Assembly (NCBI GenBank): GCA_002189035.1
Contig: NEEC01000470.1
Coordinates: forward strand, 1 to 24,735
DNA: 24,735 nt
DNA from: Utricularia gibba
Lineage: Eukaryota; Plantae; Magnoliophyta
Direction: 5' to 3'
Shown here: piece after piece, positions 1 to 10,509 of the stretch
Numbering within the stretch: the stretch's first letter is position 1
Layout: every line of letters starts with the position of its first letter
Notes under the pieces: model-generated
What the model saw: the letters and a program-made list of their open reading frames with translations, nothing else
Database searches by the model: none
What the model was told of the DNA's origin: nothing
Made by a program: the position numbers and the translations under genes

Positions 1-7
1 ATCGGTC

Positions 8-48
8 CTACTCGACGAAAATCGTGATGCAGTTATTGAAGTTAGGAT
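8..48 (+). other. Near-invariant 41-bp satellite box CTACTCGACGAAAATCGTGATGCAGTTATTGAAGTTAGGAT (first copy; one per monomer)
   Basis: Identical in all copies I read except two single-base indels (about 1887 and 4658-4662), and shared by all subfamilies. Function unknown. Confidence 0.8.
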
Positions 49-318
49 TTCATGAGCACCCAAAATGGTTTTCTCAACCGCATGCTTTATATTTGATAAG
101 GCGCTCTCGTGGGGCAACGGTATCGAGCAGGAGGTCGAGTCGAGCTCGGGCCCATAGTCATTTGTAGCTGGCAAAAAACTTGATGCATTTATTAACGTTG
201 GTTTTAATAGGCTGCCTACATGTTTCTCAAGGAAAAGCTTGTCGTTTTTGGGCGGGTGATGTCGTTGTGAACTTCGTTCTGACCAAGGTTCGGTCTGACT
301 CCTTTGCCAATGGTCCTA

Positions 319-2482
319 CTCGACGAAAATCGTGATGCAGTTATTGAAGTTAGGATTCATGAGCACCCAAAATGGTTTTCTCAACCGCATGCTTTATATT
401 TGATAAGGTGCTCTCGTGGGGGCAACGGTATCGAGTAGGAGGTCGAGTCGAGCTCGGGCCCATAGTCATTTGTAGCTCGGCAAAAAACTTGATGCATTTA
501 TTAACGGTTGGTTTTAATAGGCTGCCTCAATGGTTTTCTCAAGGAAAAGCTTGTCGTTTTTGGGCGGGTGATGTCGTTGTGAACTTCGTTCTGACCCAAG
601 GTTCGGTCTGTCTCCTTTGCCAAATCTGGTCCTACTCGACGAAAATCGTGATGCAGTTATTGAAGTTAGGATTTCATGAGCACCCAAAATGGTTTTTCAA
701 CGCATGCTTTTATTGAGGAGGCGCTCTAGTGGGGCACGGTATCGGCAAAAGGTCGAGTCGGGCTCGCCCAGAGTCATTTTTAGCCGCAAAAAAAGTGATG
801 CATTTATTAACGTTGGGTTTTAATAGGCTGCCTACATGGTTTCTCAAGGAAAAGCTTGTCGTTTCTGGGCGGGTGATGTCTTTTGGAACTTCGTTCTGAC
901 CATAGGTTCGGTCTGACTCCTTTGCCACATCGGGTCCTACTCGACGAAAATCGTGATGCAGTTATTGAAGTTAGGATTCATGAGCACCCAAAATGGTTTT
1001 CTCAACCGCATGCTTTATATTTGATAAGGCACTCTCGTGGGGCAACGGTATCGAGCAGGAGGTCGAGTCGAGCTCGGGCCCAGAGTCATTTGTAGCTCGG
1101 CAAAAAAATTGATGCATTTATTAACGTTGGTTTATTAGGCTGCCTACATGTTTCTCAAGGAAAGCTTGTCGTTTTGGGCGGGTGATGTCTTTTGGAACTT
1201 CGTTCTGACCATAGGTTCGGTCTGACTCCTTTGCCACATCGGGTCCTACTCGACGAAAATCGTGATGCAGTTATTGAAGTTAGGATTTCATGAGCACCCA
1301 AAATGGTTTTCTCAACCGCATGCTTTATATTTGATAAGGTGCTCTCGTGGGGCAACGGTATCGAGTAGGAGGTCGAGTCGAGCTCGGGCCCATAGTCATT
1401 TGTAGCTCGGCAAAAAACTTGATGCATTTATTAACGTTGGTTTTAATAGGCTGCCTCAATGGTTTTCTCAAGGAAAAGCTTGTCGTTTTTGGGCGGGTGA
1501 TGTCGTTGTGAACTTCGTTCTGACCAAGGTTCGGTCTGACTCCTTTGCCAATCGGTCCTACTCGACGAAAATCGTGATGCAGTTATTGAAGTTAGGATTT
1601 CATGAGCACCCAAAATGGTTTTCTCAATCGCATGCTTTATTGAGGAGGCGCTCTAGTGGGGCAACGGTATCGGGCAGGTCGAGTCGGGCTCGCTCCCAGA
1701 GTCATTTTTAGCCCAAAAAAATGATGCATTTATTAACGTTGGGTTTTAATAGGCTGCCTACATGGTTTCTCAAGGAAAAGCTTGTCGTTTCTGGCGTGAT
1801 GTCTTTTGGAACTTCGTTCTGACCATAGGTTCGGTCTGACTCCTTTGCCACATCGGGTCCTACTCGACGAAAATCGTGATGCAGTTTTGAAGTTAGGATT
1901 TCATGAGCACCCAAAATGGTTTTCTCAACCGCATGCTTTATATTTGATAAGGTGCTCTCGTGGGGCAACGGTATCGAGCAGGAGGTCGAGTCGAGCTCGG
2001 GCCCATAGTCATTTGTAGCTCGGCAAAAAACTTGATGCATTTATTAACGTTGGTTTTTAATAGGCTGCCTCAATGGTTTTCTCAAGGAAAAGCTTGTCGT
2101 TTTTGGGCGGGTGATGTCGTTGTGAACTTCGTTCTGACCCAAGGTTCGGTCTGTCTCCTTTGCAAATCGGTCCTACTCGACGAAAATCGTGATGCAGTTA
2201 TTGAAGTTAGGATTTCATGAGCACCCAAAATGGTTTTCTCAACGCATGCTTTATATTTGAGGAGGCGCTCTCGTGGGGCACGGTATCGAGCAAAAGGTCG
2301 AGTCGAGCTCGCCCAGAGTCATTTGTAGCCGGCAAAAAAATTGATGCATTTATTAACGTTGGTTTTAATAGGCTGCCTACATGGTTTCTCAAGGAAAAGC
2401 TTGTCGTTTCTGGGCGGGTGATGTCTTTTGGAACTTCGTTCTGACCAAGGTTCGGTCTGACTCCTTTGCCAATCGGGTCCTA
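319..2482 (+). repeat. Monomers 2-8, subfamily order A-B-C-A-B-A-B'
   Basis: A markers: GATAAGGTGCT, CGAGTAGG, CCCATAG, CCTCAATGG, GTCGTTGTGAAC. B markers: GAGGAGGCGCTCTAG, GCAAAAGG, TCATTTTTAG, AACGTTGGG, ACCATAGG. C markers: GATAAGGCACT, CGAGCAGG, CCAGAG, TTTATTAGG. The last monomer (2176) is only partly B-like. Confidence 0.75.
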
Positions 2483-4963
2483 CTCGACGAAAATCGTGAT
2501 GCAGTTATTGAAGTTAGGATTTCATGAGCACCCAAAATGGTTTTTCTCAACGCATGCTTTATATTTGATAGGCGCTCTCGTGGGGCAACGGTATCGAGGA
2601 GGTCGAGTCGAGCTCGGGCCCAGAGTCATTTGTAGCCGGCAAAAAACTTGATGCATTTATTAACGTTGGGTTTAATAGGCTGCCTACATGGTTTTCTCAA
2701 GGAAAAGCTTGTCGTTTTGGCGGGTGATGTCTTTTGGAACTTCGTTCTGACCAAGGTTCGGTCTGACTCTTTGCCACATCGGTCCTACTCGACGAAAATC
2801 GTGATGCAGTTATTGAAGTTAGGATTTCATGAGCACCCAAAATGGTTTTCTCAACCGCATGCTTTATATTTGATAAGGCCTCTCGTGGGGCAACGGTATC
2901 GAGCAGGAGGTCGAGTCGAGCTCGGGCCCAGAGTCATTTGTAGCCCGGCAAAAAAATTGATGCATTTATTAACGTTCGGTTTATTAGGCTGCCTACATAG
3001 TTTCTCAAGGAAAAGCTTGTCGTTTCTGGCGGGGTGATGTCTTTTGGAACTTCGTTCTGACCAAGGTTCGGTCTGACTCCTTTGCCACATCGGTCCTACT
3101 CGACGAAAATCGTGATGCAGTTATTGAAGTTAGGATTTCATGAGCACCCAAAATGGTTTTCTCAACCGCATGCTTTATATTTGATAAGGCGCTCTCGTGG
3201 GGCAACGGTATCGAGTAGGAGGTCGAGTCGAGCTCGGGCCCATAGTCATTTGTAGCTCGGCAAAAAAATTGATGCATTTATTAACGTTGGTTTTAATAGG
3301 CTGCCTCAATGGTTTCTCAAGGAAAAGCTTGTCGTTTTTGGGCGGGTGATGTCGTTGGAACTTCGTTCTGACCCAAGGTTCGGTCTGACTCCTTTGCCAC
3401 ATCGGTCCTACTCGACGAAAATCGTGATGCAGTTATTGAAGTTAGGATTTCATGAGCACCCAAAATGGTTTTCTCAACCGCATGCTTTATATTTGATAAG
3501 GTGCTCTCGTGGGGCAACGGTATCGAGTAGGAGGTCGAGTCGAGCTCGGGCCCATAGTCATTTGTAGCTCGGCAAAAAACTTGATGCATTTATTAACGTT
3601 GGTTTTAATAGGCTGCCTACATGGTTTTCTCAAGGAAAAGCTTGTCGTTTTTGGGCGGGTGATGTCTTTTGGAACTTCGTTCTGACCAAGGTTCGGTCTG
3701 ACTCCTTTGCCACATCGGGTCCTACTCGACGAAAATCGTGATGCAGTTATTGAAGTTAGGATTTCATGAGCACCCAAAATGGTTTTCTCAACCGCATGCT
3801 TTATATTTGATAAGGCTCTCGTGGGGCAACGGTATCGAGCAGGAGGTCGAGTCGAGCTCGGGCCCATAGTCATTTGTAGCTCGCAAAAAACTTGATGCAT
3901 TTATTAACGTTGGTTTTTAATAGGCTGCCTACATGGTTTCTCAAGGAAAAGCTTGTCGTTTTTGGGCGGGTGATGTCGTTGTGAACTTCGTTCTGACCAA
4001 GGTTCGGTCTGACTCCTTTGCCAATCGGTCCTACTCGACGAAAATCGTGATGCAGTTATTGAAGTTAGGATTCATGAGCACCCAAAATGGTTTTCTCAAC
4101 GCATGCTTTATATTTGAGGAGGCGCTCTCGTGGGGCAACGGTATCGAGCAGGAGGTCGAGTCGAGCTCGGTCCCATCATTTGTAGCCGGCAAAAAATTGA
4201 TGCATTTATTAACGTTGGGTTTTAATAGGCTGCCTACATGGTTTCTCAAGGAAAAGCTTGTCGTTTCTGGGCGGGTGATGTCTTTTGGAACTTCGTTCTG
4301 ACCATAGGTTCGGTCTGACTCCTTTGCCACATCGGGTCCTACTCGACGAAAATCGTGATGCAGTTATTGAAGTTAGGATTTCATGAGCACCCAAAATGGT
4401 TTTCTCAACCGCATGCTTTATATTTGATAAGGCACTCTCGTGGGGCAACGGTATCGAGCAGGAGGTCGAGTCGAGCTCGGGCCCAGTCATTTGTAGCCCG
4501 GCAAAAAATTGATGCATTTATTAACGTTGGTTTTAATAGGCTGCCTCATGGTTTCTCAAGGAAAAGCTTGTCGTTTCTGGGCGGGTGATGTCGTTTGGAA
4601 CTTCGTTCTGACCAAGGTTCGGTCTGACTCCTTTGCCACATCGGGTCCTACTCGACGAAAAATCGTGATGCAGTTATTGAAGTTAGGATTTCATGAGCAC
4701 CCAAAATGGTTTTCTCAACCGCATGCTTTATATTTGATAAGGCGCTCTCGTGGGGCAACGGTATCGAGCAGGAGGTCGAGTCGAGCTCGGGCCCATAGTC
4801 ATTTGTAGCTCGGCAAAAAACTTGATGCATTTATTAACGTTGGTTTTAATAGGCTGCCTAATGGTTTTCAAGGAAAAGCTTGTCGTTTTTGGGCGGGTGA
4901 TGTCTTTTGGAACTTCGTTCTGACCCAAGGTTCGGTCTGACTCCTTTGCCACATCGGGTCCTA

Positions 4964-6195
4964 CTCGACGAAAATCGTGATGCAGTTATTGAAGTTAGGA
5001 TTTCATGAGCACCCAAAATGGTTTTCTCAACCGCATGCTTTATATTTGATAAGGTGCTCTCGTGGGGCAACGGTATCGAGTAGGAGGTCGAGTCGAGCTC
5101 GGCCCATAGTCATTTGTAGCCGGCAAAAAAAACTTGATGCATTTATTAACGGTTGGTTTTAATAGGCTGCCTCAATGGTTTTCTCAAGGAAAAGCTTGTC
5201 GTTTTTGGGCGGTGATGTCGTTGTGAACTTCGTTCTGACCCAAGGTTCGGTCTGTCTCCTTTGCCAATCTGGGTCCTACTCGACGAAAATCGTGATGCAG
5301 TTATTGAAGTTAGGATTTCATGAGCACCCAAAATGCTTTTGTCAATCGCATGCTTTGTATTGAGGAGGCGCTCTAGTGGGGCACGGTATCGCAAAAGGTC
5401 GAGTCGAGAGTCATTTTTAGCCGTCAAAAAAATGATGCATTTATTAACGTTGGGTTTTAATAGGCTGCCTACATGGTTTCTCAAGGAAAAGCTTGTCGTT
5501 TCTGGGCGGGTGATGTCTTTTGGAACTTCGTTCTGACCATAGGTTCGGTCTGACTCCTTTGCCACATCGGGTCCTACTCGACGAAAATCGTGATGCAGTT
5601 ATTGAAGTTAGGATTCATGAGCACCCAAATGGTTTTCTCAACCGCATGCTTTATATTTGATAAGGCTCTCGTGGGGCAACGGTATCGAGTAGGAGGTCGA
5701 GTCGAGCTCGGGCCCATAGTCATTTGTAGCTCGGCAAAAACTTGATGCATTTATTAACGGTTGGTTTAATAGGCTGCCTCAATGGTTTTCTCAAGGAAAA
5801 GCTTGTCGTTTTTGGCGGGTGATGTCGTTGTGAACTTCGTTCTGACCAAGGTTCGGTCTGTCTCCTTTGCCAATCTGGTCCTACTCGACGAAAATCGTGA
5901 TGCAGTTATTGAAGTTAGGATTTCATGAGCACCCAAAATGCTTTTGTCAATCGCATGCTTTGTAGTTGAGGAGGCGCTCTAGTGGGGCACGGTATCGGGC
6001 AAAAGGTCGAGTCGGGCTCGCTCCCAGAGTCATTTTTAGCCGTCAAAAAAAGTGATGCATTTATTAACGTTGGGTTTTAATAGGCTGCCTACATGGTTTC
6101 TCAAGGAAAAGCTTGTCGTTTCTGGGCGGGTGATGTCTTTTGGAACTTCGTTCTGACCAAGGTTCGGTCTGACTCCTTTGCCACATCGGGTCCTA
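4964..6195 (+). repeat. Two A-B higher-order dimers (613 and 619 bp)
   Basis: A monomers at 4964 and 5577. B monomers at 5279 and 5884 carry AAAATGCTTTTGTCAATCG and GAGGAGGCGCTCTAG. Confidence 0.85.
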
Positions 6196-6811
6196 CTCGA
6201 CGAAAATCGTGATGCAGTTATTGAAGTTAGGATTTCATGAGCACCCAAAATGGTTTTCTCAACCGCATGCTTTATATTTGATAAGGCACTCTCGTGGGGC
6301 AACGGTATCGAGCAGGAGGTCGAGTCGAGCTCGGGCCCATAGTCATTTGTAGCCGGCAAAAAATTGATGCATTTATTAACGTTGGTTTTAATAGGCTGCC
6401 TACATGGTTTCTCAAGGAAAAGCTTGTCGTTTTGGCGGGTGATGTCGTTTGGAACTTCGTTCTGACCAAGTTCGGTCTGACTCCTTTGCCACATCGGGTC
6501 CTACTCGACGAAAATCGTGATGCAGTTATTGAAGTTAGGATTTCATGAGCACCCAAAATGGTTTTCTCAACCGCATGCTTTATATTTGATAAGGCTCGTG
6601 GGGCAACGGTATCGAGCAGGAGGTCGAGTCGAGCTCGCCCATAGTCATTTGTAGCCGGCAAAAAAATTGATGCATTTATTAACGTTGGTTTTAATAGGCT
6701 GCCTACATGGTTTTCTCAAGGAAAAGCTTGTCGTTTCTGGGCGGGTGATGTCTTTTGGAACTTCGTTCTGACCATAGGTTCGGTCTGACTCCTTTGCCAC
6801 ATCGGGTCCTA

Positions 6812-8653
6812 CTCGACGAAAATCGTGATGCAGTTATTGAAGTTAGGATTTCATGAGCACCCAAAATGGTTTTCTCAACCGCATGCTTTATATTTGATAA
6901 GGTGCTCTCGTGGGGCAACGGTATCGAGTAGGAGGTCGAGTCGAGCTCGGGCCCATAGTCATTTGTAGCTCGGCAAAAAACTTGATGCATTTATTAACGT
7001 TGTTTTAATAGGCTGCCTCAATGGTTTTCTCAAGGAAAAGCTTGTCGTTTTTGGGCGGGTGATGTCGTTGTGAACTTCGTTCTGACCCAAGGTTCGGTCT
7101 GTCTCCTTTGCCAATCTGGTCCTACTCGACGAAAATCGTGATGCAGTTATTGAAGTTAGGATTCATGAGCACCCAAAATGCTTTTCTCAACGCATGCTTT
7201 ATATTTGATAGGCGCTCTCGTGGGGCACGGTATCGTCGAGTCGGGCTCGGCCCAGAGTCATTTGTAGCCGGCAAAAAAATTGATGCATTTATTAACGTTG
7301 GGTTTTAATAGGCTGCCTACATGGTTTCTCAAGGAAAAGCTTGTCGTTTCTGGGCGGGTGATGTCTTTTGGAACTTCGTTCTGACCATAGGTTCGGTCTG
7401 ACTCCTTTGCCACATCGGGTCCTACTCGACGAAAATCGTGATGCAGTTATTGAAGTTAGGATTTCATGAGCACCCAAAATGGTTTTCTCAACCGCATGCT
7501 TTATATTTGATAAGGTGCTCTCGTGGGGCAACGGTATCGAGTAGGAGGTCGAGTCGAGCTCGGGCCCATAGTCATTTGTAGCTCGGCAAAAAACTTGATG
7601 CATTTATTAACGGTTGGTTTTAATAGGCTGCCTCAATGGTTTTCTCAAGGAAAAGCTTGTCGTTTTGGGCGGGTGATGTCGTTGTGAACTTCGTTCTGAC
7701 CCAAGGTTCGGTCTGTCTCCTTTGCCAATCTGGTCCTACTCGACGAAAATCGTGATGCAGTTATTGAAGTTAGGATTTCATGAGCACCCAAAATGCTTTT
7801 GTCAATCGCATGCTTTATATTGAGGAGGCGCTCTAGTGGGGCACGGTATCGGGCAAAGGTCGAGTCGAGCTCGCTCCAGAGTCATTTTTAGCCCAAAAAA
7901 AGTGATGCATTTATTAACGTTGGGTTTTAATAGGCTGCCTACATGGTTTCTCAAGGAAAAGCTTGTCGTTTCTGGGCGGGTGATGTCTTTTGGAACTTCG
8001 TTCTGACCATAGGTTCGGTCTGACTCCTTTGCCACATCGGGTCCTACTCGACGAAAATCGTGATGCAGTTATTGAAGTTAGGATTCATGAGCACCCAAAA
8101 TGGTTTTCTCAACCGCATGCTTTATATTTGATAAGGCACTCTCGTGGGGCAACGGTATCGAGCAGAGGTCGAGTCGAGCTCGGCCCAGAGTCATTTGTAG
8201 CCCGGCAAAAAATTGATGCATTTATTAACGTTGGTTTAATAGGCTGCCTCATGTTTTCTCAAGGAAAAGCTTGTCGTTTTGGGCGGGTGATGTCAACTTC
8301 GTTCTGACCATAGGTTCGGTCTGACTCCTTTGCCACATCGGGTCCTACTCGACGAAAATCGTGATGCAGTTATTGAAGTTAGGATTCATGAGCACCCAAA
8401 ATGGTTTTCTCAACCGCATGCTTTATATTTGATAAGGCACTCTCGTGGGGCAACGGTATCGAGCAGGAGGTCGAGTCGAGCTCGGGCCCAGTCATTTGTA
8501 GCCGGCAAAAAATTGATGCATTTATTAACGTTCGGTTTATTAGGCTGCCTACATAGTTTTCTCAAGGAAAAGCTTGTCGTTTCTGGCGGGTGATGTCTTG
8601 GGAACTTCGTTCTGACCAAGGTTCGTCTGACTCCTTTGCCACATCGGGTCCTA
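6812..8653 (+). repeat. A-B'-A-B followed by two C monomers
   Basis: A at 6812 and 7425, partial B at 7125, B at 7739, C (GATAAGGCACT) at 8047 and 8348. Confidence 0.75.
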
Positions 8654-10509
8654 CTCGACGAAAATCGTGATGCAGTTATTGAAGTTAGGATTCATGAGCA
8701 CCCAAAATGGTTTTCTCAACCGCATGCTTTATATTTGATAAGGCGCTCTCGTGGGGCAACGGTATCGAGCAGGAGGTCGAGTCGAGCTCGGGCCCATAGT
8801 CATTTGTAGCTCGGCAAAAAAATTGATGCATTTATTAACGTTGGGTTTTAATAGGCTGCCTACATGTTTTCTCAAGGAAAAGCTTGTCGTTTTTGGGCGG
8901 GTGATGTCGTTGTGAACTTCGTTCTGACCCAAGGTTCGGTCTGTCTCCTTTGCCAAATCGGTCCTACTCGACGAAAATCGTGATGCAGTTATTGAAGTTA
9001 GGATTTCATGAGCACCCAAAATGGTTTTCTCAACCGCATGCTTTATATTTGATAAGGTGCTCTCGTGGGGCAACGGTATCGAGTAGGAGGTCGAGTCGAG
9101 CTCGGGCCCATAGTCATTTGTAGCCGGCAAAAAACTTGATGCATTTATTAACGGTTGGTTTTAATAGGCTGCCTCAATGGTTTCTCAAGGAAAAGCTTGT
9201 CGTTTTTGGGCGGGTGATGTCGTTGTGAACTTCGTTCTGACCAAGGTTCGGTCTGACTCCTTTGCCACATCGGTCCTACTCGACGAAAATCGTGATGCAG
9301 TTATTGAAGTTAGGATTTCATGAGCACCCAAAATGGTTTTCTCAACGCATGCTTTATATTTGAGGAGGCGCTCTCGTGGGGCAACGGTATCGGGCAAAGG
9401 TCGAGTCGAGCTCGCCCAGAGTCATTTTTAGCCTCAAAAAATTGATGCATTTATTAACGTTGGGTTTAATAGGCTGCCTACATGGTTTCTCAAGGAAAAG
9501 CTTGTCGTTTCTGGGCGGGTGATGTCTTTGGAACTTCGTTCTGACCAAGGTTCGGTCTGACTCCTTTGCCACATCGGGTCCTACTCGACGAAAATCGTGA
9601 TGCAGTTATTGAAGTTAGGATTTCATGAGCACCCAAAATGGTTTTCTCAACCGCATGCTTTATATTTGATAAGGCGCTCTCGTGGGCAACGGTATCGAGT
9701 AGGAGGTCGAGTCGAGCTCGGGCCCATAGTCATTTGTAGCTCGGCAAAAAACTTGATGCATTTATTAACGTTGGTTTTAATAGGCTGCCTAATGGTTTTC
9801 TCAAGGAAAAGCTTGTCGTTTTTGGGCGGGTGATGTCGTTGTGAACTTCGTTCTGACCAAGGTTCGGTCTGACTCCTTTGCCAAATCTGGTCCTACTCGA
9901 CGAAAATCGTGATGCAGTTATTGAAGTTAGGATTCATGAGCACCCAAAATGGTTTTCTCAACCGCATGCTTTATATTTGATAAGGCGCTCTCGTGGGGCA
10001 ACGGTATCGAGCAGGAGGTCGAGTCGAGCTCGGCCCAGAGTCATTTGTAGCCCGCAAAAAAAATGATGCATTTATTAACGTTGGTTTTAATAGGCTGCCT
10101 ACATGGTTTCTCAAGGAAAAGCTTGTCGTTTGGGGTGATGTCTTTGGAACTTCGTTCTGACCAAGGTTCGGTCTGACTCCTTTGCCACATCGGGTCCTAC
10201 TCGACGAAAATCGTGATGCAGTTATTGAAGTTAGGATTCATGAGCACCCAAAATGGTTTTCTCAACCGCATGCTTATTTGATAAGGCACTCTCGTGGGGC
10301 AACGGTATCGAGCAGGAGGTCGAGTCGAGCTCGGGCCCAGAGTCATTTGTAGCCCGGCAAAAAAATTGATGCATTTATTAACGTTGGCTTTATTAGGCTG
10401 CCTACATAGTTTCTCAAGGAAAAGCTTGTCGTTTCTGGGCGGGTGATGTCTTTTGGAACTTCGTTCTGACCATAGGTTCGGTCTGACTCCTTTGCCACAT
10501 CGGGTCCTA

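Noticed and set aside
42-46. Insect telomeric pentamer TTAGG
   Set aside because: It occurs once per monomer and never in tandem, as expected by chance.
50-240. Seven 6-bp palindromes per monomer (TCATGA, GCATGC, GAGCTC, GGGCCC, ATGCAT, AACGTT, AAGCTT)
   Set aside because: About five are expected by chance in 310 bp, so seven is not a convincing excess. They are useful only as restriction markers.
110-260. G-quadruplex potential (GGGG, GGGCGGG)
   Set aside because: There are never four G3 tracts close together; only weak two-tier arrangements are possible.
287-302. Pol III B-box or tRNA T-arm resemblance, GGTTCGGTCTGACTCC versus GGTTCGACTCC
   Set aside because: It needs a 5-nt insertion in the core, and I found no convincing A-box or cloverleaf, so there is no support for tRNA or SINE origin.
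1-318. Hammerhead ribozyme, as known from some animal satellites
   Set aside because: The CTGANGA core is absent on both strands; only isolated GAAA and CTGAC occur.
270-330. CENP-B box (NTTCGNNNNANNCGGGN) near CTTCGTTCTGACC, GTTCGGTCTG and the reverse strand of CGGGTCCTACTCGACGAA
   Set aside because: Each TTCG lacks the required A at position 10 and the CGGG at positions 13-16.
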